35,212 nt of DNA from positions 60,125,831 through 60,161,042 of the forward strand of contig NC_068983.1 in NCBI RefSeq assembly GCF_001194135.2, read 5' to 3'. The number at the start of each line of letters is the position of its first letter. The stretch's first letter is position 1. Shown here piece after piece: positions 32,410-35,212 of the stretch. Both the position numbers and the translations under genes were made by a program. The notes below the pieces were generated by a model, which saw only the letters and a list, made by a program, of their open reading frames with translations, was not told where the DNA came from and did not search any database. The DNA comes from Octopus bimaculoides. Taxonomy: Eukaryota.

Positions 32410-32532
32410 CCAGTGATCTGGAGCAATGTGAAATAAAGTATCTTGCTCAAGAACACAACACACAGTCCAGTCCAGGAACTGAACTCACTACCTCATGGTT
32501 GTGAGCCCAATGCTCTAACCACTAAGCCATGC
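32410..32532 (-). mobile_element. SINE family D 5' part
   Basis: ctggagcaatgtgaaataaagtatcttgctcaagaacacaac...ctctaaccactaagcc. Confidence 0.7.
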
Positions 32533-33409
32533 AGCTTCACTTTATCAATACCTACTTTATTAATACCTACTGTCAACCCTATTTACTCACATCAAGTACC
32601 TGCTACTGATGTATTTATGTATGTATTGAAAAAGAGAGAGTATGTATGTATGTACGCACGTACATACTTATGTATATATATGTATAGAATTATGTTTGTG
32701 TCTGAAATAAAGCTGTTGTCAGATTTACATGAAAGAAATTATTTACAGAACAGACAGAAGCATTCAATGAAACAGCAGCACAATTATTTGTCATAAAATA
32801 TTTTGGTTAATTATCTTAATCCTTGGCATAATCATTCAATGAAAGATCTGATTGTGCTCTCCAGCTTCACTACGATAAATTACATAACAAGTGCAGTGAA
32901 TGTGTATTTATCTCAGTGTCTGCGCACGTGTGACTGTTATCAGTGACACCATACATAATACAGAGGAGAGGAAGATAAACAAATACAGGAAGCCAACCGG
33001 CCACTATCAGTTTGTGTCTTTCGCCATCAAGACCTTGAGTGTTCTCAGACCCCCACACTGATTTCCTCCGCAAATACAGGATAACTGTGGCCCATCGAAG
33101 AAATGAGCCCCGCAAAGGTGAGGTGATTGTTACAGCGAGCGTCACTGGCCATTCTCCACGATGACACCCTTGTAATCAAGTCTGCAAGGCACAGCTAATG
33201 CGTGATCTCTTTTGAGGTGCCCAACCCACCACTTTCTCTCCCCCAATATTTTCTGCTGCATAATTCCCCACCCTTTTTTTTTTACCATTTCTTTGGTTCC
33301 TTGGTGAGGTAGTTCTGGGGTTTTTTCTCAATAATTTGATCTTTTATACTTTTAATGTGTTTTCTTCCTGTAAAAATATATTAATAAAATGATTCTTTTA
33401 TCTGTAACC

Positions 33410-33617
33410 TTTCGTTTGTTTCGCTCATCAGACTGTGGTCATGCTGGGGCAATGCCTTCAAGAATTTTTAATTGAATCAATCAACCCCAAGACTTTTTTT
33501 TTTTTTTAAGCCTGGTACTTATACTATCGATATCTTTTACCAAACTGCTAAATTACAGGGACATAAACACACAAACGCTGGTTAAGTGGTGGAGGGGGAC
33601 AGAACCCTCACACACAC

Positions 33618-33673
<56 letters not shown>

Positions 33674-33834
33674 ATGGACTTCTTTCAGTTTCTGTCTCCC
33701 AAGTCCACTCACAAGGCTTTGGTCAGCCTGAGGTTATAGTAGAAGACACTTGCCCAAGGTGTCACACAACGGGACTGAACCCAGGACCATGTGGCTGGGA
33801 AGCAAGCTTTGTACCACACAGCCACACCTGCACC
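33410..33834 (-). mobile_element. SINE family B, full length
   Basis: Colinear with 8606-8956. Confidence 0.88.
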
Positions 33835-33849
33835 TACAAAAGGAGGAAG

Positions 33850-34078
33850 ATTCTTCCCAAGTCATATCGAGGCAAAGAGCCAGTTTCCTGGTTTGCATGG
33901 CACATGTATTTCCCCCGAATGCGATGCCAGTCTGTCGCAGGTTTACTCATTTAACCAGCTGAGTGGACTGGAGCAATGTGAAATGAAGAGTTTTGCTCAA
34001 GAACACAATGTGTCACCTGGTCCAGGAATTGAAACTACACTCTTACAATCATGAGTCTAACACCCTAACCACCAAGCT
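33850..34078 (-). mobile_element. SINE family D
   Basis: Colinear with 24930-25143. Confidence 0.78.
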
Positions 34079-34184
34079 ACAGTAACCAAGTAGAAAGGAA
34101 AAATTACTTGAAACTGCCCCATCCTTGAACTCTACATCATTTTAACACATTTTGGTACCATTAAATTGCTAACACATATTTTCC

Positions 34185-34600
34185 AAAATTCAGAAGACTG
34201 AGATAAGAAGTTGATGGTAGAACTATAACTCAATATATCCTACCGGGTAAGGAAACTGAAATATCAGGACATAATAAACAAGGACCATGTCAAGGGCTGG
34301 CATGCAGCCTCCTTTCCCGTTGGCTGCCACGGCTTTCCATCTGGATTAATGCACTATTTCCTAAGGAAAATAGGTCCGGAACCCAGACAACTGAAAAAGA
34401 GCCATCAAGGAAATAGGTATGGCAGTTGAAACTAGCTCATGATGGCTATGGTTGATAAGAGACCACCAGTGGAACCCTTCCATAGGTGAAGACTAGCTCA
34501 GTCCTCACTGCTCCATTCAGGTGAAGTGTACAGGCTAAAGGGCGAAATTCCTGTGACCCTGAGATACCTGCTGATGAGATGGAAAGGTTTCCAGCATGCA
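34185..34600 (+). mobile_element. 3' end of a restriction-like-endonuclease non-LTR retrotransposon (HERO-like), degraded
   Basis: KLMVEL...RKLKYQDI...KGWHAASFPVGCHGF...YFLRKIG...LKK/AIKEIGMAVETSS*WLWLIR resembles the REL-domain C-terminus (ELT..KY..L..GW..VGCRGF..S.WLW..R). Confidence 0.65.
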
Positions 34601-34716
34601 ATGGATTTAGAAGAGCTTGAAAAACCTCTGAGTAACTCCTGCAGTTTCTGCATAAGGCAAATCATCTCTGATGTTTATTTCACTAATCTGGAGCAGGGAA
34701 ATTAACATATGTTTAA

Positions 34717-34925
34717 CCCTTAAGCATTCAAATTGCTCCGTGAAATGTAAAGCTTATTTATTCACCATGTTTTGAATTAATTGGTCATTATGTTATGGCT
34801 TCAAGATTTCTATGATGTGATTTTTTTTATTTTTTAGAATGACATTATAGAGTAGGTGCAAGAGGTCAGGTCTGTCTAATTTGGACATAAAACAGACAGA
34901 ATATTTTGGCCGGATACAGCGTTAT
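34717..34925. mobile_element. piggyBac-type MITE, same family as 13736-13951, right TIR lost
   Basis: TTAA|cccttaagcattcaaattgctc...gaatgacatt...gaatattttggccggata. Confidence 0.65.
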
Positions 34926-35212
34926 GCCTGTCTCTTCTTCTGTGAAACACATTTCAGACACTGCAAAACATTATGGCTGTGTTGGTTTTGCAATGGCAAC
35001 TCACACTGGGCACCAACCAGCCACTCAACATGCAAAGTCTGCAATATGGCTATTGGAAGACAAATGGAAAAAAGATTTGGTTCATGAACACCTGGCACCA
35101 CACATTTCTACCCACCGACACCTCATCACGGCAATTTTTTTATTACTTTCCACCTCCACCCCACTTACTTCCGCCCTTTCATCTATAATGCAAGTAGTCA
35201 TGTAGTTCCTCA

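Overview
AT-rich, repeat-dense animal DNA with N gaps, almost certainly Octopus (inferred from the SINE/MITE families and the TA/CA microsatellites). One host gene is supported: the four 3'-most coding exons of a MICOS subunit MIC19 (CHCHD3/CHCHD6 family) on the minus strand (13336-13163, 11883-11813, 10175-10040, 8352-8326). They splice in frame to 135 aa ending in a CHCH domain whose fourth cysteine is replaced by Ala; I could not find the 5' exons. The rest is transposon-derived: a decayed KDHK/YRDD-type Penelope-like element (PLE) with an inverted 5' repeat, RTE and HERO-like LINE fragments, Tc1/mariner relics, TTAA- and TA-type MITEs, and at least five SINE families. The most striking pattern is a set of fold-back elements carrying minimal hammerhead-ribozyme cores with palindromic stem III. 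One core is intact (4907-4949) and several are degenerate (~21.2, ~26, ~27.9, ~29.1 kb). Several further long hairpins lie in the presumed upstream intron. All alignments were by eye, so repeat boundaries are approximate.
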